Positions 19,606 to 28,372 of a DNA stretch of 64,000 bases are shown here, piece after piece. Location: NCBI GenBank assembly GCA_012837735.1, contig DUQP01000036.1, positions 7,152-71,151 on the forward strand, read 5' to 3'. Under the pieces are notes generated by a model. It searched no databases and was not told the DNA's origin. It saw nothing but the letters and a program-made list of their open reading frames with translations. How positions within the stretch are numbered: position 1 is the first letter of the stretch; each line of letters starts with the position of its first letter. This DNA comes from Bacillota bacterium (GTDB taxonomy: Bacteria; Bacillota; Sulfobacillia; UBA3575; DUQP01). Position numbers and translations under genes: made by a program.

Positions 19606-21267
19606 TCAGTTCAGAATCTTCCCTTCTTGCAACAAGGCGATGAAGCGGGCTGCCAAAACCGGGTCAAACTGTTTGCCTGCGCACATCTCAAACTCCTGAA
19701 TGATCTCCGGTAACGTTTTCGCTTCTTGATAAGGACGGTCATTCCACATAGCATCAAAACTGTCACAGATAGCCAACACTCGCGCGCCCAGCGGTATTTC
19801 CTCCCCCTTCAACCCTTGCGGATAGCCTTTGCCATCATACCTTTCATGGTGGTAAAGGATTATTGGTACCGCCGTACCCAGTGCCTTCACCGGTCGAACG
19901 ATCTCGGCCCCCCATTCCGGGTGACGTTTAATCACATCCCATTCCTCATCATTCAGAGGACCAGGCTTGTTTAAAATCTCATAACTGATTTCGATTTTCC
20001 CAACATCATGCAAGAAACCACCATAGGTCAGATCCGAGATTTCCTTCTCGCTAAGCCCGATTTCCCGCCCCAGGACCGTGGCGTATTGCATCACCCGCTC
20101 CGAGTGGCCATATGTATAACGGTCTTTTGCGTTGACCAGGTAAATGAGGGTCTTGAGAGTACTGATCAAAGCTAAATCTGACTCTGCCAATTCTGCCTTT
20201 AGCTCATCCAAAACGGAAAAATACAACTCAATCTTGTTCCGACTTTCAAACTTGGCTTTATACAAAGCGATATCGGCGACTTTCAGTAATTCTTCCTTGC
20301 TGGAAGCATGGTCCGGCAGGGTGGCCACGCCCACCGAAACCGACATCACTCCCCCCGGCTGCACCTCCTCCCCAAAAAACTCGTGCTCCTCAACCGCGTT
20401 GCGGATCCGCTCCGCCACCCGTACCGCCTCTCCACTGCCGGCTTTCGGCAAGATGACGACGAATTCGTCACCGCCATAACGGGCCAAAAATGAGTATTTG
20501 GGACAGACGGTGCGCATCACCTCTCCGACTTGATATAAAGCTTGATCACCCTGTTGGTGTCCAAAAACATCGTTATAGTGTTTGAAGTAGTCTATGTCGA
20601 GAAAAATGAGGGACAGCTTATCGCCCGCTGCTTTGGCTTTTTCCACTTCTTCCACAAGGCCTTCTTGAAAACGGCGGTGGTTGTATAGTGAGGTGACTTC
20701 ATCCAGATTGGCCTGTTCCGCCAATTTGGCACGGATCCTCCTTTCCGTGTCCACCAGGTCTCCCACCGACCAGGCCACGATGAACAAGATTGCTATCAAC
20801 ACCAAATCATGCTCCAGGTATTGATTGTAAGCCGCACCTGGCATCGACACAACGTCGCTTATAATCAAACCAATTAAAGAAGCGAAAGCTGCTGCGAATC
20901 CCATCCCTTTCCCGAACGAAACTGCAAACAATACTACGGGGATGAAATAGAGGCTCTTTAGATCACTTCTCTGCGCACCAGAAATATAAACGATGAATGA
21001 AATAATGAAGACCAGTACAAATAACAAAGCCCCGCGTGCCAACATCGTGGCCCGGGCTGGCAATGCTAAACGAGGATGAAGCAAAAATAATAAATAATAA
21101 ATGAGCAGGATAATACCAAAACAGCCAACCACCAAATACCTTTCCTGAATGATTTTTTCGGGAAGGTATCCAGCAATAGCGATAAAAAACAGAAGTATCG
21201 AGATAATGTTTATAATCGTCACAGTGTTGCTTACTTCAGTTGCTCTTTCTCGTTCAATCCAACTCAC
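19606..21267 (-). CDS. Membrane-bound GGDEF (diguanylate cyclase) + HD-GYP (c-di-GMP phosphodiesterase) protein; last gene of the agr-like operon
   Basis: 553 aa; GTG start with RBS GGGTGGG; about 5 N-terminal TM helices (1-170); GGDEF domain with intact RYGGDEF and no RxxD I-site; HD-GYP with HSERV...HDVGK...HHERYDGKGYP. Confidence 0.85.
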   Translation of the reverse strand: MSWIERERATEVSNTVTIINIISILLFFIAIAGYLPEKIIQERYLVVGCFGIILLIYYLLFLLHPRLALPARATMLARGALLFVLVFIISFIVYISGAQRSDLKSLYFIPVVLFAVSFGKGMGFAAAFASLIGLIISDVVSMPGAAYNQYLEHDLVLIAILFIVAWSVGDLVDTERRIRAKLAEQANLDEVTSLYNHRRFQEGLVEEVEKAKAAGDKLSLIFLDIDYFKHYNDVFGHQQGDQALYQVGEVMRTVCPKYSFLARYGGDEFVVILPKAGSGEAVRVAERIRNAVEEHEFFGEEVQPGGVMSVSVGVATLPDHASSKEELLKVADIALYKAKFESRNKIELYFSVLDELKAELAESDLALISTLKTLIYLVNAKDRYTYGHSERVMQYATVLGREIGLSEKEISDLTYGGFLHDVGKIEISYEILNKPGPLNDEEWDVIKRHPEWGAEIVRPVKALGTAVPIILYHHERYDGKGYPQGLKGEEIPLGARVLAICDSFDAMWNDRPYQEAKTLPEIIQEFEMCAGKQFDPVLAARFIALLQEGKILN

Positions 21268-21295
21268 ATTAACCCACCCACAGGGTTTTCTAACG

Positions 21296-21329
21296 CTTAC
21301 CGGGGGCTAAGGAACAGGCCCCCGGTAAG
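21296..21329 (-). promoter_or_regulatory. Perfect 12-bp stem-loop in the agrD-to-GGDEF intergenic spacer (possible partial terminator or RNA-processing element)
   Basis: CTTACCGGGGGC-taaggaacag-GCCCCCGGTAAG; no U-tract follows on the minus strand. Confidence 0.5.
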
Positions 21330-21357
21330 TGTCGCTATTACTAAAAAATCTTATTGT

Positions 21358-21492
21358 TTACCATTTCTGCAGAGCCTTGGGTACATCCGGCTGATAGAAA
21401 TTCCAGAAACAAGCCGATGACGCAGTGACAGTAGCCAAGAGTGTCAACACGGAAACGGCCATTAACAAAACACTCTTCCACATCTTACGCAT
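21358..21492 (-). CDS. agrD: AgrD-like autoinducing peptide precursor (44 aa; predicted thiolactone core CFWNF)
   Basis: Not in the ORF track (<60 aa). ATG at 21492 with RBS AAGGGGGTG; protein MRKMWKSVLLMAVSVLTLLATVTASSA-CFWNF-YQPDVPKALQKW. It has an amphipathic leader, a Cys-containing pentapeptide, and a conserved AgrD C-terminal tail (P-x-x-P-K-x-L); it lies 15 nt downstream of agrB. Confidence 0.8.
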   Translation of the reverse strand: MRKMWKSVLLMAVSVLTLLATVTASSACFWNFYQPDVPKALQKW

Positions 21493-21507
21493 GGATTACA
21501 CCCCCTT

Positions 21508-22128
21508 TCATCTAATACCAATTTGCAACAGGAACCTGTCAATAAGTGAAATCATCTTCACTCCTAGCGGAGTAATTGCGAAAACTTGAAATGCAGCTCC
21601 AAACAAGAGTGCAATCGTAATAGAGTCGTTTTTTGCCATCAGGCTAACACTCGCAATCAGCAATACCACTACAAAAGCAATTAGTCTCAGACGGGAACGA
21701 TGCAGACTATTTTTTATCGGTTTATTAGGTGCTTCCGCCGGTGCCCAAAGGTGCACGGCGACCAGCAAAACCATAGTAACAATAAACACCAGCAAAGTGG
21801 CTTGAAAAGAATTTAATACACCGCCCAGGAAATGGCTGAAAAGAGCCAAAGGAGCAAAAATAATTGACGCCACCGCACAGCGAATACCAGCCGAACAGTG
21901 CCCTCCCCCAGCGAATGTACGCACCAACGCACCAGACAGCATACATAGAAAAGTGAGCAATCCTACTCCAAAAAATAAACCGACAGCCACTGCTAACACA
22001 AAACCCAGTAATCCAATGAACACTAATTCTAACGAATAAGTGACGATTTCGTACTGGTCATGATTTAGGTCGCACTGCCCTTTAATAGCATCGGCAGCTC
22101 TCATTGCTAATTGAGAGGTGTCAAACAC
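21508..22128 (-). CDS. agrB: AgrB family membrane peptidase (AgrD-processing enzyme)
   Basis: 206 aa polytopic; GTG start overlapping the stop of the upstream gene; motif R-TFAGGGH-CSAGIR-C-AVAS aligns with the AgrB R..GG.H(+7)....C(+14)...S(+18) catalytic His/Cys signature. Confidence 0.85.
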   Translation of the reverse strand: MFDTSQLAMRAADAIKGQCDLNHDQYEIVTYSLELVFIGLLGFVLAVAVGLFFGVGLLTFLCMLSGALVRTFAGGGHCSAGIRCAVASIIFAPLALFSHFLGGVLNSFQATLLVFIVTMVLLVAVHLWAPAEAPNKPIKNSLHRSRLRLIAFVVVLLIASVSLMAKNDSITIALLFGAAFQVFAITPLGVKMISLIDRFLLQIGIR

Positions 22129-22129
22129 A

Positions 22130-22597
22130 TTATCCTCTCCCCTTGATGCTACGTTTTCCGGTTCCGCACATTATCTTTATCAACCAGGCAATCAAAAACA
22201 TTGCGCCTGGGCACATCAAACCAAACAACGTTCTCAAGCCCGCATGATTCATAATGCCATCGTAAGACATGCCAAATACCCCGATGGCTAACGCAAACAT
22301 TATCGTCTCAAGCACCGCCAGAGTACCAGATGTGACTAGAGCGGCTCCAAACGCTTTGCTAACTTTAGCCTTTAACCGCCAACATATCAACAAAACCATC
22401 CAACCCACTAGAATGATGGAATGAACGCCAAACGATAACGGTAATTGTCTGACTATGAAACCCATGACAGCGATTAGCAATCCGATTGTCAACAGATCAT
22501 CTAGTCTAAATCTGAATCTGAAGATGGTTAAGCCAAAATACGCCATTGCTATGCCTTCTAGGATGCCTTGAAAAAAAAAGAGTAAGGTTTGATACAC
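22130..22597 (-). CDS. Small polytopic membrane protein (4 TM), first gene of the agr-like operon; function unknown
   Basis: 155 aa, GTG start with RBS GGAGGT; translationally coupled to agrB (TAATGTG junction); AT-rich. Confidence 0.5.
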   Translation of the reverse strand: MYQTLLFFFQGILEGIAMAYFGLTIFRFRFRLDDLLTIGLLIAVMGFIVRQLPLSFGVHSIILVGWMVLLICWRLKAKVSKAFGAALVTSGTLAVLETIMFALAIGVFGMSYDGIMNHAGLRTLFGLMCPGAMFLIAWLIKIMCGTGKRSIKGRG

Positions 22598-22788
22598 AAT
22601 TTTACCTCCGATTGTAGTTTACTTTATCCCTATATAAACAGAATTCTCCAACATTTGTAATGCATTACTGCTGAAAATTGTCATATCTAACAAAAGTCCA
22701 GTAAAATAAGAACAATTTTTGGGAAATTATTCTAGCTTATGTCAAAATATCCTTCTTTTCCTAGAGTATCTTTTTGAATTTATAATAA

Positions 22789-23736
22789 TTAATCCTCACC
22801 TACCACCTTCAACTCAGTTTCCAAGTCCACTGCATATTTTTTTCTAATTTCTGTTTGAACTAACTCGATTAGCTCCAAAACATCTTTCGCGGAAGCGCCG
22901 CCCCGATTGACAATGAAGCCAGCGTGTTTTTCGGAGACCTGGGCTCCGCCAACGCGCACACCCTTCAAACCGGCTGCTTCCACCATAGCCCCCACATAAT
23001 GTCCGGGAGGACGCTTGAAGACACTTCCCGCACTAGGCAGATCCAAGGGTTGTTTCGCTGCCCGTCGCAATGTGTAGTCCTCCATAGTAGCCTTAATCTG
23101 TTCAGCATCTCCAGAATGCAAGCCAAATGCCACCCGTACAATGACATGGCTGCCATCTTGCAAACTGCTGCGGCGATAATCAAAACCGAGATCTTTTTGA
23201 CTCCACTCGCAATAATCGCCGTCCTCGGTCAATACGCGCACTCTATCAACCACGTCAGCCATCTGGCCTCCGTAAGCCCCGGCATTCATATAGACAGCAC
23301 CACCGATGCTGCCCGGGATCCCAATGGCAAACTCCAAACCTGTCAACCCAGCCATGCATGCCGTGCTCGCTACTTCTTTCAAAGCTGCCGCGGCACCAGC
23401 CAGCACCCGTTCCCCAACCACTTCCACGGCGGAAAACACACCGGTCAACTTCACTACTACGCCGCGGATTCCGCCACCCCGCACCAGGAGGTTGCTACCG
23501 GCACCGATAATCAGTGGTTCGTGCCCTTTTCGGCAACAATCCATCCAAAGCCTGCGTAACGCTTGTTCCGTTTTTACTTCAACAAAACAATCCGCCGGTC
23601 CCCCAATGCCAAATGTGGTATGCCGGGACATAGGTTCCCAACAATACACTGAGGCATCAGCTCCAAGCAAGCGCTGTATTCGTTGGCACAACTGTTGTGC
23701 GGCCAGCTTTTTTTCGTCCATCGCTCGCACCCCCAC
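22789..23736 (-). CDS. murB: UDP-N-acetylenolpyruvoylglucosamine reductase MurB
   Basis: FAD-binding PCMH domain (RHTTFGIGGPAD) and C-terminal MurB domain. Confidence 0.85.
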   Translation of the reverse strand: MGVRAMDEKKLAAQQLCQRIQRLLGADASVYCWEPMSRHTTFGIGGPADCFVEVKTEQALRRLWMDCCRKGHEPLIIGAGSNLLVRGGGIRGVVVKLTGVFSAVEVVGERVLAGAAAALKEVASTACMAGLTGLEFAIGIPGSIGGAVYMNAGAYGGQMADVVDRVRVLTEDGDYCEWSQKDLGFDYRRSSLQDGSHVIVRVAFGLHSGDAEQIKATMEDYTLRRAAKQPLDLPSAGSVFKRPPGHYVGAMVEAAGLKGVRVGGAQVSEKHAGFIVNRGGASAKDVLELIELVQTEIRKKYAVDLETELKVVGED

Positions 23737-23818
23737 AGATACATTGGTTATTTCGTTGCTAGCCTGAAAATTCCTATCCCTGCCAAATTTACATGGCCCG
23801 TCTTAGTATGACCGCATG

Positions 23819-23861
23819 AAAAAAGATGAGCCGCCGTGGTGAGGGGGCGCCACGACGGCTC
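23819..23861 (-). terminator. Intrinsic terminator downstream of yigZ
   Basis: On the minus strand, GGAGCCGTCGTGG-cgccccctca-CCACGGCGGCTC followed by TTTTTT. Confidence 0.6.
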
Positions 23862-23952
23862 CTTGCGGGGGAACGCGGGTTTTTCTCTCAACACAGAATA
23901 TATTTTCTTGCCAGGCATCAAAATCCCTGCCACAGCCAGCGACGGGAAATTG

Positions 23953-24588
23953 TTAATTTTGCCCGTTTGCCACATGATAGGTAATATCTTGATAGGAAAC
24001 CTGCGCTTGTCCGGCTGTAATGTCCGCAACTAGCTCCCGCCAGGCCATTAGCTTTTCTTTTGGCACCAATACCTGCATTGCAACTGACGCCTGATAGTCC
24101 GTCTTTTCAATTAAACACCCCATGGCACGCATTTCGTTCTCCAACCGCCCCAGCGCCGGATAATCAAACATGATCGTCAGGCGTTGAAATGGGGCCATCC
24201 AAGCGGTCTGGACAGCTTGAATGGCCAACATGGCACTTTTGCTGTAAGCTCGCACCAACCCACCCGCTCCCAACTTGATACCGCCAAAGTAACGTGTCAC
24301 AACCACAACCACGTTCCAAAGGCGCTCACGCCGAATCACCTCCAGCACTGGTGCCCCAGCAGTACCGCCCGGTTCGCCGTCATCGGAAAATCGCTCCATC
24401 TCCGGTTGCGGGCCAATTCGATAAGCGAAGACATTGTGGGTGGCAGAGGCATGCTCTTCCCTGATCCGGTCGATCACCTGGCTAGCCTCCGCTTCATTTA
24501 GGGCAGGATATGCATGGCCAATAAAGCGGGATTTCTTGATCTCCCACTCGGCCTGACCGCGAGTTACCAGCGTGCGAAAACGCTCCAC
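23953..24588 (-). CDS. yigZ: IMPACT family protein YigZ (UPF0029)
   Basis: 211 aa; N-terminal UPF0029 domain (KSRFIGHAYP...HNVFAYRI) and C-terminal DUF1949-like domain. Confidence 0.75.
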   Translation of the reverse strand: MERFRTLVTRGQAEWEIKKSRFIGHAYPALNEAEASQVIDRIREEHASATHNVFAYRIGPQPEMERFSDDGEPGGTAGAPVLEVIRRERLWNVVVVVTRYFGGIKLGAGGLVRAYSKSAMLAIQAVQTAWMAPFQRLTIMFDYPALGRLENEMRAMGCLIEKTDYQASVAMQVLVPKEKLMAWRELVADITAGQAQVSYQDITYHVANGQN

Positions 24589-24634
24589 AACTACACCCCT
24601 TGTTGGGCACTATCCGTCCGCTCTTGAAAACAGG

Positions 24635-26080
24635 TCAATAAATACCAGTTTTCTGGGCCACTTTTTCAACCACGTCAGCGATCAGCCGCCGGCCCTCCCA
24701 AGCCACTTCAGCCTGCAAAGTGCTCGCTACCTCCCGCAGGGGCGCTACTCCTCTACCAGCTAGCAACCACACCGGTATCTGCACCTTGTGCGAGCCCCGT
24801 GCCGCTACTACCATTTTACCATCCCAGCCAACGTACCACCCCAGTGACTCCGCCACTTCCCGCACTGGCACGTATGTGGTGTTGGCAACCAAAAAGGGGG
24901 GCAAGGAGGAAAAATTGATCCGCTGGCCGTTCACACGTACAAGAATCTGTCGCATCCCCAATAGCCGGTGGGACACATCACCATAAAACAAACAATCATC
25001 AAACCATAAAGGCCCGGTCCGAATAGGAAACGGTACAGGCGATGCCCAGTGCACGGCGCCACTCCCCCGGTCCATCGCCAGCACAACGCTATTTTCATCA
25101 TCCAACTTTGTTGCCACAAATAATCCCTCACTACCTAACGCCAAGCCTTGCAAACGGCCCACCAGTCCCGCTTCATCAAGCGGGCGGGCCAGCCAGTTCA
25201 ATGTCCCTCCAAACAGATCAAAACTGCATACCACATTCCCCCGCCGACCCAAAATACTTCCTTCGTGAGCAACCAACTGGCTCCAAACCGGACCTTTACC
25301 ACCTTGCCGGCTCCACAGCACGTCTCCGCTGGCCCCATCCAGAGCTTCCACCACCGCTTGATCATCGGCCACACCGGCCATGATCAGCCTGCCCAGAACG
25401 TTGATTGGCTGACAGGTGATTTCTCTCCCAGCCCCTTTGCGCTGCCAGATTACCCTCCCGTCCTGCACCGACAGCGCCAGCACCTGGCCATTTGCTGCGC
25501 AAAAAAATACTTCTTTGGGACTAGCCACAGCCCATTCCACCTGTTCTGCCAGGGGATAGGAACGATGCCAACGCATCTCTCCGGTATTAGGCTGAATAGC
25601 GGTGATAATCCCATCCGCGCTCACCACCACCAGAATCGGATCGTTTTGCCCGGCCAAAGCCATAGCTTTGATCTGTCCAGTCCGCACCTGCCACTTTAGC
25701 CAACCGGTCCGTTCTTCCAAACCATATAGCTCCCCACTGGGAGAAGCGAAAAACACCCCGGTCGCTCCGGCCACCAAGGGCGGCACAACACCGCCTAACA
25801 CCGAAAAACTCTGTGCCACACCCGAAACAGGATCAGTCAGGTACAACGTGCCACCCGCACTCAAAGCGATCACGCGTAAATCTCCCGTGCCCAACGCCAC
25901 ACACGGACCGTCCCCGGCCACACCCCATTTCAAAGCCAGGGCCGGGACAAGCGGAAGTGGTGCCGCCTGAACAAAAGCCGGACAGATGAGCAAGAAAACC
26001 AGGCTTCCCGCTACTATTCGCCCCAGTCTCATCCAGCCATCCTCCCCGGATTGCAGGCGTTCAGTATGCCTGCTCAGCAA
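24635..26080 (-). CDS. Secreted PQQ-like beta-propeller repeat protein with C-terminal copper-amine-oxidase N-terminal-like (cell-wall-associated) domain
   Basis: 481 aa; signal peptide; repeated G..W motifs of PQQ-type propeller blades; C-terminal LVANTTYVPVREVAESLGWYVGWD stalk domain common in Clostridia. Confidence 0.65.
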   Translation of the reverse strand: MLSRHTERLQSGEDGWMRLGRIVAGSLVFLLICPAFVQAAPLPLVPALALKWGVAGDGPCVALGTGDLRVIALSAGGTLYLTDPVSGVAQSFSVLGGVVPPLVAGATGVFFASPSGELYGLEERTGWLKWQVRTGQIKAMALAGQNDPILVVVSADGIITAIQPNTGEMRWHRSYPLAEQVEWAVASPKEVFFCAANGQVLALSVQDGRVIWQRKGAGREITCQPINVLGRLIMAGVADDQAVVEALDGASGDVLWSRQGGKGPVWSQLVAHEGSILGRRGNVVCSFDLFGGTLNWLARPLDEAGLVGRLQGLALGSEGLFVATKLDDENSVVLAMDRGSGAVHWASPVPFPIRTGPLWFDDCLFYGDVSHRLLGMRQILVRVNGQRINFSSLPPFLVANTTYVPVREVAESLGWYVGWDGKMVVAARGSHKVQIPVWLLAGRGVAPLREVASTLQAEVAWEGRRLIADVVEKVAQKTGIY

Positions 26081-26130
26081 TCGGATGCACCATTATATCC
26101 AAACCCATTGCGGCTCCTTCTAATCTGTCC

Positions 26131-28347
26131 TCATTTGTTTAGCCGTTCATACTGCTCGCGGGTGATCAAAACTTCCCGCGGTTTACTGCCATCCGCCCGC
26201 CCCACATATCCGTGTTTTTCCATGGCATCGAGCAGTCGTGCTCCCCGGGCATAACCCACCCGCAAACGCCTTTGCAATAGTGAAGCGGAGGCTTGACCGG
26301 CCTCCAGCACCACGCGGATTGCTTCATCAAACAATTCATCTTCTTGCTCTTCTTTGGCAACCGAGACAGCACATTCCACTTGCAACACGCCAGCATCATA
26401 TTCCGGGGCGCCCTGTCGGCAAACGAAATCCACCAACTCTCGCACTTCGCGTTCGGAAATAAACGCCCCCTGAGCGCGCAGGGGTTTAGTCGCCGTCACC
26501 GGATAAAACAACATATCACCTTTTCCCAGCAGTTTCTCGGCACCGCCCATATCCAGGATGGTACGCGAGTCAACTTGTGAGGAAACGGCAAACGCGATCC
26601 GGGAAGGGATGTTGGCCTTGATCAGGCCAGTGATCACATCCACAGAGGGTCGTTGCGTTGCCACCACTAAATGTATTCCGGCTGCCCGGGCCATTTGCGC
26701 CAGGCGGGCAATGGCGTCTTCCACCTCCACAGCCGCTACCATCATTAGGTCGGCCAGCTCATCAATCACCACCACTAAATAGGGGAGGAATTCATCCGGT
26801 CCGGCCCCGATCTGGGCTTTTTTCTTCAAATAGGCGTTGTAGCTGGTGATGTCCCGTGCTCCGGCAGCGGCAAAACGTTCATACCGGTCTTCCATTTCCT
26901 TTACAGCCCAGCGTAGGCAACCGGCCGCTTTGCGCGGGTCTGTCACAACCGGTGCCAGCAGATGGGGAATGCCGTTGTATGTGTTCAATTCCACTACTTT
27001 GGGATCTATCATCAAGAACTTGACTTGTTCCGGTCGCGCTTTGAACATGATGCTGGCAATAATTGTGTTTAAGCAAACGCTCTTGCCGGATCCGGTGGCG
27101 CCGGCGATCAATAAGTGCAACATTTTGTCCAGGCTGCTAATGATCGGCTTGCCGCCGATGTCTTTGCCGAGACCGACCGTCAATGGCGAAGTTGCCTGGC
27201 CAAATTCCTCCGACTCTAACACCTCACGCAGGTAAACCACTGCAATCTCCTCATTAGGGACCTCGATGCCCACGGCCGCCTTGCCCGGGATGGGAGCCTC
27301 GATCCGCACATCAGGAGCTGCCAGACTGAGTGCGATGTCATCCGCTAGACTGACGATCCGACTCACTTTCACCCCCGGGGCTGGCTGCCACTCAAACCTG
27401 GTGATAGTCGGTCCACGCGTCACTTCCACAACCCGGCCCTCCACGCCGAAATTGTGCAAGGTGGTTTCTAATAACTTGGCCTTTTCCACCACATCCCGGT
27501 TCCGTTTTAGGCTTTGCAGGCGCACGATTTTCTGCAAAAGCGAAAACGGCGGCATCTGGTATGTGACCTCGCTGCCGAGCGTGATCTGCTTTGGGGTAGT
27601 CTTTTTTTCCGGCAGGGGTTTCTCGATAGCGTCCTGGTGGCCGTCAGTCTGGAAATCCTCCTCCGCCAGCGCCGCCACTTGATCAACGATTCTGACGCGC
27701 GGGTTCTTTTCTTCTTTCGTATCACGGGTTGGCCTAACCGGCACCGCTTTTTGCTCCGCCTCAGCAGGTCCGGAAAACAAAAAATCCCTCAGCCCCTCCC
27801 AAACCGTCACCACTCCACGCCGCAGCCACTTCCCCAATGCTGACACCCCGGCCCGCACGCTCAGTCCAGTGATCATCACCAACGCTACTGCGCTCAGCGC
27901 CACCAGCATAATCCAGGCTCCATAAACACCAAAAGCCGTCCGCAAAAGCCAGGCCAGGGCAAATCCCAGCACACCGCCACCGCCGCCCTGGGTCGCCACC
28001 AGGAAAGCGTCCGCGGCCGGGATCGGTAAATGCCATCCGGCCGCCAGCAAAGCTAAAGCCAATACGGCCCCGGCCGCCCGCACCGGCTGAGCCATTTCCT
28101 TGCGACAAAGCAGGGATATTCCTGCCACCGCCGCCAAACCGGGCACGGCAGTCGCCACTGACCCGAACAAGGTAGTTAGTACGCGCTGTAGAAAGGCCCC
28201 AAAGGCACCGGCTTCTTGTACATACAGGCCGGCCCAGCCCAAGGCCGCTGCTGCCAAGAGAATTATCCCAGCCACATCTGCCCGCAATTCACTGCGGCCC
28301 TTTTCCACCGGCTTCAAGCCACCACCCCCGTCGCCTTTCTTTTCCAC
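26131..28347 (-). CDS. ftsK: DNA translocase FtsK/SpoIIIE
   Basis: 738 aa; N-terminal TM segments, linker, motor domain with Walker [10 protein letters not shown]-terminal winged-helix gamma domain. Confidence 0.9.
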   Translation of the reverse strand: MEKKGDGGGGLKPVEKGRSELRADVAGIILLAAAALGWAGLYVQEAGAFGAFLQRVLTTLFGSVATAVPGLAAVAGISLLCRKEMAQPVRAAGAVLALALLAAGWHLPIPAADAFLVATQGGGGGVLGFALAWLLRTAFGVYGAWIMLVALSAVALVMITGLSVRAGVSALGKWLRRGVVTVWEGLRDFLFSGPAEAEQKAVPVRPTRDTKEEKNPRVRIVDQVAALAEEDFQTDGHQDAIEKPLPEKKTTPKQITLGSEVTYQMPPFSLLQKIVRLQSLKRNRDVVEKAKLLETTLHNFGVEGRVVEVTRGPTITRFEWQPAPGVKVSRIVSLADDIALSLAAPDVRIEAPIPGKAAVGIEVPNEEIAVVYLREVLESEEFGQATSPLTVGLGKDIGGKPIISSLDKMLHLLIAGATGSGKSVCLNTIIASIMFKARPEQVKFLMIDPKVVELNTYNGIPHLLAPVVTDPRKAAGCLRWAVKEMEDRYERFAAAGARDITSYNAYLKKKAQIGAGPDEFLPYLVVVIDELADLMMVAAVEVEDAIARLAQMARAAGIHLVVATQRPSVDVITGLIKANIPSRIAFAVSSQVDSRTILDMGGAEKLLGKGDMLFYPVTATKPLRAQGAFISEREVRELVDFVCRQGAPEYDAGVLQVECAVSVAKEEQEDELFDEAIRVVLEAGQASASLLQRRLRVGYARGARLLDAMEKHGYVGRADGSKPREVLITREQYERLNK

Positions 28348-28372
28348 TCGCGAAAAGAAATCCTTGTGCCCA

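Noticed and set aside
21358-21492. Alternative reading of the 44-aa peptide as a Sec/lipoprotein signal peptide (…TASSA|C) of a tiny secreted protein
   Set aside because: Position -3 of the would-be lipobox is Ser, not Leu/Val/Ile; only 17 residues follow the Cys. The tail P-D-V-P-K-A-L and the adjacency to AgrB fit AgrD much better.
23748-24029. 93-aa minus-strand ORF spanning the murB-yigZ intergenic region
   Set aside because: It overlaps the yigZ terminator hairpin and the 3' end of yigZ in another frame; it has no RBS and a low-complexity translation.
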